Assembly (NCBI RefSeq): GCF_001194135.2
Contig: NC_068993.1
Coordinates: 23,687,006 to 23,751,005, forward strand
Length of the DNA: 64,000 nt
From: Octopus bimaculoides
Taxonomy: Eukaryota
Direction: 5' to 3'
The position numbers and the translations under genes were made by a program. This document shows positions 24,038 through 36,640 of this stretch, in pieces; positions within the stretch are counted from its first letter, which is position 1; each line of letters starts with the position of its first letter. Below the pieces are notes generated by a model. It worked only from the letters and a program-made list of their open reading frames with translations. It was not told the DNA's origin and made no database searches.

Positions 24038-24094
24038 AAGGTGTAAGACACTCGGCAAGAAATGGAAACAGAATTGAAAGAAGATGCTAATGAA
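24038..24094 (+). mobile_element. Extreme 3' tip of an R4/Dong-type element
   Basis: AGGTGTAAGACACTCGGCAAGAAATGGAAACAGAATTGAAAG resembles the 3' UTR ends at 59817-59870 and 60310-60360, and is followed by (AAT)n. Confidence 0.65.

Positions 24095-24178
<84 letters not shown>
24095..24178. repeat. (AAT)n
   Basis: Directly visible. Confidence 0.97.
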
Positions 24179-24733
24179 TCCTCTGATGAAGTAACAGGCA
24201 GTGGCTCTCATTTGCTCTCTGGTCGTAACTGATTGGAAGTGTTATCAAGTACATTGTTTTGACTTGGTACAAAAGATGGGCTACAGCAAATATTCTGCTC
24301 AATATCTTAGATTTGCTTGTCAGTCGCGTGACCTTAATCAGTTGAACATGTCACTTAGTACCTGTCGATATGTGCATCTCTGATCACGAACCGATGTAGT
24401 GTAGAAGGATCACAGCCATGTCATGAGAGGAATTCTTTATGGTTTGGATAATTCACCTTTGGAGACATTGGTGTTTCGTTCAACATCGGTAAACAACCCT
24501 TATTCAGGGAGTTTTGAGTGGGATGGGCTACTCAACCTGAATAAATTTCTAACTGGGCCTCATCTGCAAGGTCATGCGGTGTTTATCTTGATATCAGATG
24601 ACCATGTCACACACATGTTTGTGATGCATGTGCCTGGTGTACCCTTATCAGACGGGTAGTCATGATGGTTATACTGGGCTTCGTATATGTTTACACCAGT
24701 GTCACTTTGATGGCATGTACTGCTCTCTCACTA
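24179..24733 (+). mobile_element. About 555-bp non-coding module bracketed by (AAT)n arrays (probable non-autonomous retroposon or LINE 3' UTR)
   Basis: Higher-GC block with no informative ORF. It ends ...GCTCTCTCACTA directly into (AAT)n 24734-24796. Family assignment is unverified. Confidence 0.5.
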
Positions 24734-24746
24734 AATAATAATAATG

Positions 24747-24796
<50 letters not shown>

Positions 24797-27700
24797 TGTA
24801 TAGAATAAAGCCGTGGTACGTAGAAGAGATAGACAGTCGTAAATCCAGGGGATGTATTGACCTAATGTGATCATAAACTTGAAAATCAAATTCCGGATAG
24901 TGATTGTGAATAAAGAAGGAAAACTGTCGTTATAGAAGAAGGGGAATGCTATAGCTGTTGTTCGGAAAGGAGGGGATAAAGGAAGGAACTGGAGGGGATG
25001 AAGTAAAGAACAGGTAGTGGAGAGAAGGAGGGGATGGTAAGTGGAGGAAGGGAAATGACGGAGATGAGGGGAGCAACAGGTAGGGTTAGGGAAGGATGGG
25101 AAACCAATAAGTGTCTGGTGATTTTACAAAATTATTTGGAGAGCATTGAAGATACTAATCGAATTCAGCACAATATTGTATTCGACAATATTAGAGAAGA
25201 AATGTATGATTACTGTGATAGAAACTTCAATTATATATATTCTTCTGAGCCAAGAAATTTATATCATTTTGAATTAAACTATCACATACAATAATCTGAA
25301 ATTTAGTTAAAGTTACCAATATATTTGATTTACGATGAAGGCAATCTGATAATTCTCCTAACAAATTATCGCCAAATTTAAATAACGTGTAAAGCTCCAC
25401 CCGTCTAAAGTAAATATTCAGAACTTCGAAATCCAAAGATTTCGATATTGATAAGTGAATTCTGTGCGTAGATGATAAAGCAATTTTACATTTTGTCTTT
25501 AACTTGCCAAGAAGGGCATAGAATATTGAAATTTCTTCGATTAGTTTTACCGGAAACGTTTCCCCATTTACTAACATTATGATATTCGTGTGTTATCTGA
25601 TGCTTCGTTAATAACATAATACTAGTCCTCTATATACTGCTTCTCGAAATTTAATCACAGTGATATATTTCTTAGCGCAATCAAAATGCTTCCAGATTGG
25701 GAATTAGAATATAAAAGCTGTGTTCTATATTTACCCACGAAGTAATGATACATAATTTAAGACAGTAACCATAATAAGAGTAATATTTTAACCAGGATCA
25801 AAGTATTTAGTTGATAGAGCATGAAACAATCTATTTAGAATCATCTAATGAGGGAAAACAATAGGTCGCAATGACAGTTATTTCCCATATTTTGTCGACC
25901 ACTTAAACATTTGCTCGTGCGAAGCATTTAATGCACTAATCTCAATTCAACGAAATATAGATTGAATGATTGCTAGAAACTAAATGGAAATATAACTTTT
26001 ATCTTTCAAACATGAAGTGCATTAATCAAATAAATTATAGTAAGTGAATATTCCTTGAGAAGAATCGCTATGAAAGTCTTTTTCGAATTCATGTAAGGTA
26101 TGTCCATGTTCTATCCGGAGACATGGCAGAATTACATAGGATGTGCACGCATCAGTCATGCTTAAATTTTTGAAAGGAATTGTGATTACGTTTATCGGCA
26201 TATACATACACTGGTTCTCTTGCTCTTCCTCACACACAAACAAAAATTTCACTTCATTCACATATTAATATCTATAAAAATAGTTAATACATGTGGATAA
26301 ATCGATAAAGTATGCGAAAATTATCTGAACAGAATTTATTTGAATGCTATATTCTATATCCATACATATACTATAAGAAAGTAGTTATGCGCCTGCTTGG
26401 CTAGTCCGTTATTTTCTCTTAATTCACTTTCCTTTAAACAAACATTGACCTCCCTTGAATTTGTTGCTGCCACCAAAACGTCTAAATACATCTGAATACA
26501 AAACAATGGCAATTAAAACTCCTTAATACCCTGCTATAATATATGCATGACTCTTAGCTTGGTCAAAAACGTAGTTACGATACGAATCAACTCACTCAAA
26601 TACCTCACTGGAACGTTTCTTCCGATGGCTATGCTCTTGTCTCTTTTTAAACAGTTTATTTCCACAATCCAATAATCTACTGCTGTTACAAGATTATTAA
26701 TTGCATTAATCTCAGAAATCTGCTACCTCTGATCTCACATTCTATGGAAATAAAACTACTTCGAGCACTAATTCCTAGATGCAGTTTACTCCTTAATAAA
26801 AGTTAGTACTTATTTCAATATAATTATGCCTTAAGGCGTGACAAAGTAACAATGAACTGAGACTCCACACTGAGAGAAAAAGAAAAATATGGAAGTCCGG
26901 AAATTCCTTCATTATAGCCTTGGAATAGAAATTTTGAATATATTTATTTAAATTGTTCATTGACCTGAATAATTAATGGTTTGATATTTATATAATTCAT
27001 TTGTTCTACGGAAATTTAATAATTCACCAAATAGGTCCTACCTGATTACAAATACATTCCTAATTTTACCTTCCGTTTCTCCGTTCTTCATTTAGCTAAT
27101 GATAATTTGTTTCCTGACAGTGTGATGTGAAAACTAATAAATTCTATAGTAAATATAATGGTTTGGAGGATAAATGTCTGCTGAAAACTATGTAGCAATT
27201 AAAAAATAATTAGTGAATACAATGTGAATTATATCGCTACGATATATCTTTCTGAAACAAATTAAAGAAGTTGTATTGAACGATGAGTTAAACGTGTTTA
27301 AGTTGATATGCTGGTATGTAAGGAGACGGTTACCATTGTATAAGAAAGATAGTGGTCAGTTGAACAGAGAACAGAATTCTATGCAAATTCAAAATAATGT
27401 TACTTCACTCGTACTACTAATGTTCTTCAGAATTCCATTATGCATACATTTTCATATTCATTTCCATTAAAATCTCACTTCCAAGATATCCTACGATAGA
27501 TAGTTTTATTCCTTTATTGTACATCTGGAAAATATTTTCTGAATGAATTATTATAAAAATTATACAATGTATTTCTGCATGTTATTGAAATGATCAGTAG
27601 CGTGACGAGAGGGATAATAACGTTAAATAAAACAATTTACAATGATTGGCTACAATGATTCGAAATAATACCATACTTATGAGAAAAGCAATACCATACT

Positions 27701-28879
27701 TATGAGAAAAGTCGAAAAGTTTTGATGGAAGAAGAGAGTTGCCTGTAGAATATTCCTAACACCACTATTAGGATGATATGATTTCTTCTTTAAGCAATTC
27801 ATCGCATATCAGTTTAAAACCCGAAAATGCTGTATAACATTTATTCGAGCACACACTTTAATAAGTTACTTGAATCAATCTAGTGTAATAGCTTGAAACA
27901 ATTATATTAATATATAAACTACTGAAAATCAAAAGTAAAATATCCAAATCTAGAATCACTAAATTGCAATTTAATGTTTACTAAAAAATATCTTGACTTG
28001 CAAAAAGCACCACATTGAATACATTGATTAGCTATTTAATTATGAACTGACGCTTATTATATATNNNNNNNNNNNNNNNNNNNNNNNNNNNNNNNNNNNN
28101 NNNNNNNNNNNNNNNNNNNNNNNNNNNNNNNNNNNNNNNNNNNNNNNNNNNNNNNNNNNNNNNNNNNNNNNNNNNNNNNNNNNNNNNNNNNNNNNNNNNN
28201 NNNNNNNNNNNNNNNNNNNNNNNNNNNNNNNNNNNNNNNNNNNNNNNNNNNNNNNNNNNNNNNNNNNNNNNNNNNNNNNNNNNNNNNNNNNNNNNNNNNN
28301 NNNNNNNNNNNNNNNNNNNNNNNNNNNNNNNNNNNNNNNNNNNNNNNNNNNNNNNNNNNNNNNNNNNNNNNNNNNNNNNNNNNNNNNNNNNNNNNNNNNN
28401 NNNNNNNNNNNNNNNNNNNNNNNNNNNNNNNNNNNNNNNNNNNNNNNNNNNNNNNNNNNNNNNNNNNNNNNNNNNNNNNNNNNNNNNNNNNNNNNNNNNN
28501 NNNNNNNNNNNNNNNNNNNNNNNNNNNNNNNNNNNNNNNNNNNNNNNNNNNNNNNNNNNNNNNNNNNNNNNNTTTATCAGAATATTTGGACTGAAGATTG
28601 GAATAGAGAAATTTTCTTTCGCTTAACCATGAAACGATTCGTATCCAATTAACTAAAGACTTGTTTTGTTTATGCTTTTCCCTCCGGTTTTTTGTTCTAT
28701 GTGTGCCATAAATATCGCCATCCGTTTAGAGAAAAAATTGTAGTTTAGAATCAGTAGTTCTTTGACTGCTATTTCTAAATTTTCAGTATGTTGGAGAAGC
28801 AACTCAATGCTAATCCCTGTATATTTATGATTATATATATTATATACATACATGCATTCATACATACATAGATACACAC

Positions 28880-28914
<35 letters not shown>

Positions 28915-31439
28915 TACATACATATATATACTCACACACATTAGCTTATGATTTATATTTTTTTTCAAATCCCCGTCCTCCATTCAGAATCGATTTTGGC
29001 ATTTATTTTTCACTTCACACTTAAAGGCGATGGGAGAATAGCTGAAATTTTAAAAACGAAAATCGTTGAAAGTCGCCATCATCATTATGATCGTCACTTC
29101 CTGTATTTTCAAACAAACAATGAAACGTAATTTAAAGAAAATAATCAAATATTGTCCCTCTATAATCCGTAAAAGTTTGGCGTTTTTTTTTTTGTTTTTT
29201 TTCCAAATCTGATTTGTATTAATAATTTTTAAATACAGGGTGTCCGAATCTCCAATTTTTTTCTCTTTAAACACATTGGGCCCTGATCCATTGCTGGTAT
29301 ATAAGCAACAGCAACATAAAAAAGGTAATTTAAAGCTTTAAGCTGCTACATCACATCAAGCGAGTGTGTATGTGTGTGTGTGCGCGTGCGTATGAAAATA
29401 CATTTACTTTCAGAAAAGTATGGTATTAAAATAAAATATCGTTCTATTGAAATTCCTTATACACAAGCTTACACTCACAAGGAAACACCATGCATACACA
29501 CACACTGACGGATGCACACACATGCAGCATAAGCGATGTGTGTACATTTTCTGGGAGTTAGAGAGAGGCTGGTAAAAACGCATATATATAGAGAGTAAGT
29601 TTACCATGAGAAAAGTGAAAAAATAAAGAGAGAGAGACAGACAGAGGGAACGGGAAAGAGAGGGAAGGAGAGAGAGGGAGCGAGAGAGATGTTTTCTATT
29701 TCTATCACAAATTTTTAAATTTTGAAGTTAGATGAAAGTTTTCAAGTTTGGTGTGTATAAGTATTTTTTCACGCTGAAACCGATTTACGTGATTCATTTA
29801 TTCCAGAAAAAAATTGCGAACAATGTTACAGAAGTCTAAAGTTCGATCATTTTTAGCCAATCACAAAACAGCACTTCTGCGTAATAATTGTCATAAAATG
29901 ACCATAATTGTCATGAAAGAAGATGAGGTCTTAAACAAAATGAAAGCAATGCGTAAGAGTTAATGCATATACAAAGAGATTGAGTGTCAAAGAGTAGAGC
30001 AAATATACTTAGAGAGACACAATTGTGGTAAAACATAGAGACTGTGAGAGTTGTCGATGTAAAAGATATTTCACTTAGAAATTTATGTTTTTTATAATTA
30101 TGTATAGAGGACCATTACTTTGGGAGGTAAATTACGAAAATCAAATTTGTTATTCCAAAGATGCACCATTTCAGAACCTTTCTGGACGAAACACACATAA
30201 TCACATGGATAATCACATGGATCAGCGTTTATATAGTACACACTCCCCCATACACACACATGAGATATTGATTAATTGAAGTGCTAAGTATTAGCTTAAC
30301 AGAAAGTTGTTGTAACGTAGTTTTTGTTGAATAATAATGCTTCTCGTTATTGAAAAAATGTAAAGCAATAAACATTAAATTTTTTAAATATGCCTACATT
30401 TTCCTAGTACGTTTGTTTCAATGTAGGAGGTCAAATTTATTATTTTATGTCAATGAAACAAGAAAAATGAGAGGACATTCGAATACTATGCCATAGAAAT
30501 AGTTTCATACACATATGCTGTGATCGTATGATCTCATAGAAAACTACCGATAGAAAAATGAAGCCATTGGGTATGACGTTTGATATAATTTTCGCATGAT
30601 AGGCAATATCAAAAGCGATATTAATGATGAAGATAACGGCATTTCTTAAATGAAATATATCTAAAACAAGACTCCACCCGCGAATGATGTAAATGAGTAC
30701 AGCTGTAATTGTAGGAAACGTAAAATTATGTTATAATTACACGTAAAATACAAAATATTGTGTTGAACAAAAAACTCTAACGAAAGCAGCTTTGTTTCTA
30801 ATTGTTTTTAACTTGTATCCCATTAAACTTGTTATCGAAATCGATGATTGCATATCCGTTTTGTCTAATTAAATTTAAATGGAACATAATGACGGTTAAA
30901 CTGCATTAATTGCATGTATAATTTTCTGTGATTGTTTTCAAAAATTATCCATATTCAATTACTTGCGTGTTGCGAAGGTACCTGTTCTTGCAAATTGTTC
31001 GACTGTTTATATTAACGAACGTCAAATTGAAATATGGAGAACAGGAACCACTTCAGTTTAATAATTACCACTTCCATTCAATACAAACGCTTTCAAGATT
31101 TTTTCTGGGTAAAAAATATATTTAGTAGTAGATCAACCAGTTAGAGTAAATTATTACCAGATGCATACCAGAAAAGATGAAAAAATTGTCAAATATGGAA
31201 CTCCTTTTTAAGATGATGGAATCTATTATTATTGGGATTTGGCTGCACTTTCTAAGAAAACAACCGTTGACAAAATGGGTTGCGTTTTGGTTTCCGAAAT
31301 GTGCATTGACAGAAATGCCATTACTTTGGCCTCGTCACAGTAAATTTGTTCCACAAGAAAGTCGAGCTCTCTATTTTAACAATAACAAAATTAATATCCC
31401 ATTCTACTTTAGGCACAACGACCGAATTTTTTTTTTTCT

Positions 31440-31632
31440 TGGGTGCGGGGAGGCAGTCGATTACATTAAACCCCCCCCCCCCAGTACGTAACTGGTACTT
31501 AATTTATCGGCCCTGAAAGGATGAAAGGCAAAGTCGACCTCGACGGAATTTGAACTCAGAACGTAGAGACAGACGAAATACCGCTAAGCAGTTCGCCCGG
31601 CGTGTTAACGTCTCTGCCAGCTCGCTGCCTTA
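31440..31632 (-). mobile_element. tRNA-derived SINE with Meta-like central domain
   Basis: Minus: GGCAGCGAGCTGGCAGAGACGTTAACACGCCGGGCG..GAGTTCAAATTCC (B box)..GCCTTTCATCCTTTCAGGGCCGATAAATTAAGTACCAG. Related copy at 55262-55385. Confidence 0.82.
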
Positions 31633-32787
31633 GAACAAAATTAATATCACGCTAAAAAAAAACTTAAGTGGACTAAATAGTATTCATTTGAAAATAATGT
31701 TCAAAGTTCTGGTTTCAATAACGAATATATTTGAACACATCTAAAACACATAACTTCTCTGTTCACAGCTGTGAAGCTACGTGGATTCAGATTTCATTCT
31801 TTAATTCTTTTACTCTTTAATTTTTTCACTCCGTCATATTGAGCATTGCTTTAAAGAGATTTGTCAAATAAACTCCAGTACTTAAAGAAAGATCAGGCGC
31901 TTATCTATCAGCATCTGTTGCCGATCCACAAAGTTACAGGAACGTAACCCGAAGATGTCACGCTGGAAAATTGAACCCAAAACCATATGGATGAAAAGCG
32001 AGTTTCTTAACTTCACAACCACGAGACTCTCACTCTTCCTTTCAGTTGTACATTTACTTTACACATCCATAAGAAACCATCTGTAACCAGTTATATATAT
32101 ACACTGGCATCTGCTTTTCATTTCCATATGTCGTAATTTTCCCTTCTTGTACATGCTGAGAAACATATGAATATCATGTCTGTTTATTTTCTTTCAGTGG
32201 CAAACAGTAATTCCATACCAATTTATAAAATAATTTTAATATAATGTGAACAAGATTAGTATGTTGAATACAGAACTCTTAAAATTTCCTGATGGAGTAG
32301 ATTTCTAGTATTTAGGACTCTTAAGCTTTTCTGGAAGCATAATATTGATTGTTTGAAATGTTTAGCTTTCTTACCTGCAGGGAACTCAATACAATGGATA
32401 GGCAAAGCTTTACATATATTTCTTTCGGATTTAATTTTATCACAATAGTGACTAAAATTGTTTGTTAGTTTAAGATTCCATTAAATGCATTTCTCGCCTT
32501 TGGGTCTTTCAATTCCATTCAATATTGATATTACTTTATATTTTAACACATTTTCTACTGTAAACATTTCGTGAGACATATATTTTCTAAACGTTAACTT
32601 CTGGTTATATCTCAGAATTCCATTGTGCAAAAACCTTTCTCTACACTTTAATTCGACTGTATGAATATGAGTTGAAAATAGCCTCAGCGCATATCTGTGT
32701 GCATTAGTGTGCATCAGCGTATACATAAGTGTGTGTGCATTTTATCCTGCTGGGATGTATGTATGCGTGTGTGTATGTGTTGTTTGT

Positions 32788-32960
32788 GAAGGAGTGGTCA
32801 AGTGGTTACGGTGATGCACTCACAATCGTTAGATAATGGGCTAAATTTCTGAACCGGGCGGTGCGCTTTGTTCTAGAGCAAAACATTTCATTTCAAGTTG
32901 CTCTGCGCGTGGGAGGGTGGCAGAATAGTTAACACGCCGGCAGAGTTGCTTAAGGTAGTT
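32788..32960 (+). mobile_element. Two adjacent degenerate SINE heads
   Basis: GGAGTGGTCAAGTGGTTA..CTTTGTTCTAGAGCAAAACATTTCATTTC (tRNA/CORE-like), then GGCAGAATAGTTAACACGCCGGGC, matching the head of 31440-31632. Confidence 0.6.
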
Positions 32961-34485
32961 CGATTCGAAATTTCAATAGAATGTGATTATATCTAATACC
33001 TATGCATGTGTTAAAGCTAAACTTTTCTTTCAATATTGCTCTGATCGTCAATTTTCGACTCCCCCAAATAAAGTTGGTGTCTATGGGGATTTAGAAATCA
33101 CAGATTTCGAAACGATCCCTCGTGATGTATAAATTTAATGCACTATTCTGCACAATGGAAGGTGAGAAAGCCTTTAGTGTAAGCTATTTGCATATATTTA
33201 CAGATTGACTAAACAGAAGAATTGCTTAAATTTCTTATAATAATACAATAGTCCGTGTTTAAGCGTAGAAATTATTACTAGCTGGGACTTCTGGGGTGTG
33301 TGCTATACTTTAATGTCTCATCCATCAAAAGCTTTTAAGCTTCGTTGGCTTATCATTTCCAATTAACTCTGAATCGATTAAAAAGTGATGGGTTGAAACA
33401 ATAGTTTTTGCGTAGGAATCAATACAATATCACACGACAAAGATACCGATGCTTTTAAAACATTACTGCGTTGAAATATGCAAACAACGTATTAGTATAT
33501 ATTTCAAAAGTCATATGTTATCTCAAGTTCATTGAAAAAATTACAAACCCCGAAGCACTATTGCACAATTTTACGAGATAATGACAATCTTTTCATGCAT
33601 TAAAATGACACGCGACTGTGACGACAAAGTTCACTCATTACACTAAAAATTTGCCTCTCACTTTAGTAGTAGAAATTATGTCAATCCTGTTGGAACATCT
33701 GTATTACAACGGAAGCATACTGCTATATCTGTATGCAAAAGAAGAATACACTTCAAAAGGAAATGTTTAATATATTTTGCCTCATAAATTTATTCAGTAA
33801 CTTGAAAGATACGAATTAATAAGCTATCGCAAGCTACTTATAAAAGAGGTTGTTCACAAATAAAATGTGTGAGAACATATGTCTCGGCACGCTTTGTAAT
33901 GTATGCAAGCACATTGATACAAAATTCGAGGCCATACAAACATCGTGATCTATTGTAAAAACAACCGATCAGACCTGGTAATCATTTTGACTATAGTGAC
34001 ACAAATGACTTTGTATCTCGACACAAAATATATCGAATTATTGATGAAAGTCTCGATGAAATGCCCATTATCAATAAAAAGTCTGCATCAGCCAAGAAGC
34101 CTGCTTTCGATATTATTGGATTTAAATATTTGATCGGCTACAAAAGGCGGGAATAAGTATATATTTTTAGTAAACATCCAAGCGAGTATTTTCAAAAGAA
34201 CAAGGCATTTTTAATATTGTAATCCAAATTTCTCTGAACAGTTTTTCCAAAAATATTGCACAATACAATTTTAGTACATAAAGGGCATTGCATTATGACC
34301 CAACGAAGTACCTAAGTCAAAGGTACTGCTACTAGCAGAAATTGCAATCTGCAACAGCTTTCATTGTTAAACACCGCGAGCATGTCTGTCAATTTTTGAA
34401 GTATATAACCACTATGACGAATAAGAAAACTTCTCGAATATCCCAACAAATATTGGACAAGTCACTTGTTTCATTTTATCATACA

Positions 34486-34514
34486 ACTAGCAATGTTACC
34501 CGGCGTTACTCGGG
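34486..34514 (-). mobile_element. Helitron-type 3' end (hairpin + CTAG|T)
   Basis: Minus: CCCGAGTAACGCCGGG-TAACATTG-CTAG-T. Confidence 0.7.
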
Positions 34515-34589
34515 ATTAAAATGGTAGAGAGTTTTATTGCTCATATTGTTTCGGTCATGTGGCTCATGACATGGTGGAGCCCCACATTT

Positions 34590-34740
34590 AGTCGAAGAAA
34601 TGGACCCCAGTATTTATTCTTTGCATGCATAGTACTTATTCTATCGGAGTGTTTTGCCAAATGGCTAAGTTGTGGGGGCGTAAACACAGAAACATCGATT
34701 GTCAAGCAAATGTGGGGGTACAAACACAGACATACACGCA
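34590..34740 (-). mobile_element. Partial SINE (3' half of the 56581-56968 family)
   Basis: TTATTCTATCGG..GGGGCGTAAACAC..TTGTCAAGC..GGGGGTACAAACACAGAC matches 44455-44560 and the reverse complement of 56790-56860. Confidence 0.65.
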
Positions 34741-35061
34741 CATACATATATACATATATATATACATACTTATATATACACGTGTATGTATATATATATA
34801 CATATATATAAATATGTATATATANNNNNNNNNNNNNNNNNNNNNNNNNNNNNNNNNNNNNNNNNNNNNNNNNNNNNNNNNNNNNNNNNNNNNNNNNNNN
34901 NNNNNNNNNNNNNNNNNNNNNNNNNNNNNNNNNNNNNNNNNNNNNNNNNNNNNNNNNNNNNNNNNNNNNNNNNNNNNNNNNNNNNNNNNNNNNNNNNNNN
35001 NNNNNNNNNNNNNNNNNNNNNNNNNNNNNNNNNNNNNNNNNNNNNNNNNNNNNNNNNNNNN

Positions 35062-35113
<52 letters not shown>

Positions 35114-35146
35114 TGTATATACATATATATATAGATATATATGTAT

Positions 35147-35175
35147 ACTAGCTGGTGTACTCGGTAATTCCCGGG
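35147..35175 (-). mobile_element. Second Helitron-type 3' end, degenerate
   Basis: Minus: CCCGGGAATTACCGAG-TACACCAG-CTAG-T, with the same spacing as 34486-34514. Confidence 0.55.
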
Positions 35176-36444
35176 GGCATAGAAGTTCTATTAAGACGCA
35201 TTATTACTCTGGTATAAGAAAACAATTTCGTTATAACTGACACAAAAGGTGTATTTTCCGACGCGAAAAAGTACAAAAGACTGTCAGCTGGAGGAGGGAG
35301 AGATTGTTGGACGTTGGCGAGAAAGTACTGTGACTCGTCGTTGCATTTTAAAGGAAAATGAGAACACTATTACAGAAGGAAGAACAAATATGATCACCTG
35401 TAATAACTCTGCTTACAGAACCGGAGAAGGCAATATAACAGGTTACTTCAAACGGAAAATGGAATGCAGTTTAGCAACAAGTGCATGATAAAGAATGTGG
35501 CTTAGTAAAGTGAGGTGAAGGCGAGTACACAAAAATACGAGTACATTGATTGTACCGGAAACACCATGAAAAATCGTCTGCACAAGCCTTAAGACTTATT
35601 CCAATGTTAAGAAAAGATATTCATCATCATTATCTAACCTCATCGGTAGGCTTAAACACAATGCCGTGGAGCATAGACAAACTGAACTATAATAAAAACG
35701 CTTCACCTTACAATAGAACATCACAGGTGTGCTATATATTCCTAGAAGAAACCCTGGGGATCATCACATCAAGAGAAAAAATAATTAATAAACACTCCGA
35801 AGTAATCATATCATATAAGGATACAAGCAGTGCCTCATTCCTAGAATTCGAAAAGGAACATATTGAAATAGAAAAACAGTATCCACCTGAGTAGACGTGA
35901 AGAACATAGAAACAACTAAACGAAATGACTATTATTTTCATATTATATATGCTATAAGTTACATACACCAAGAGTAATCAAAAAGGCTTTTAAAGAAAAA
36001 TATTGTTTGTCAAATCAAACAATGAACCCCATGAATAGCTACACTTTCTGACCCTATGGCATCAGAATTCATTGAAGAGGACGCCTGCTGTGACGAAGGT
36101 CAAACTAATTAACTAGCTACCTATTCTGACATCCACATATTCAAATATCAAAATAAGTTTAGCATCTACACAGACACCTCCCTCTCTTTCACAATTACTA
36201 TTCCTTTCTATCGTTCCATCACCTTTCACACCTCCCCACCAAATACACACAGATTTGCCCACATGCCCTAATCAACCTTTCCATTGGTCAAAACTATTAA
36301 ACAACTCTCAATTATACATCCACTGTTTCCAAGATTAATGCCCAGGAATACGGACTTTGATCGTAGAAAACCATGAATTGTGGAAACGCGCGTTGCGATG
36401 CATTCACATATTTATAAATTCCATCCATTGATTATTATTGTCAT

Positions 36445-36552
36445 TATTATACACACACGCGCACACACTCACACGCACACGCGCGCGCACCCACACACAC
36501 ATACGTTCACACATATATGTTCACACACATATAAGCATCTCTTATATATATC

Positions 36553-36584
<32 letters not shown>

Positions 36585-36640
36585 TGTATGTATGTATGTA
36601 TGTATGTATGCATATACGTATGTATATATATATAAGTATG
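36445..36640. repeat. (CA)n/(TATG)n compound microsatellite
   Basis: Directly visible. Confidence 0.93.

Noticed and set aside
24095-24796. Repeat-unique-repeat layout superficially like a CRISPR unit
   Set aside because: The repeats are simple (AAT)n microsatellites in eukaryotic DNA, with no fixed-length repeat/spacer periodicity and no cas genes.
27667-27711. 22-bp direct duplication AATACCATACTTATGAGAAAAG x2
   Set aside because: It is an isolated slippage-type duplication with no further structure.
35249-36350. A-rich coding-looking block (ORFs 35249-35488 and 35550-35894)
   Set aside because: No motif I can recognise. It is probably a decayed TE interior but cannot be supported without a database search.
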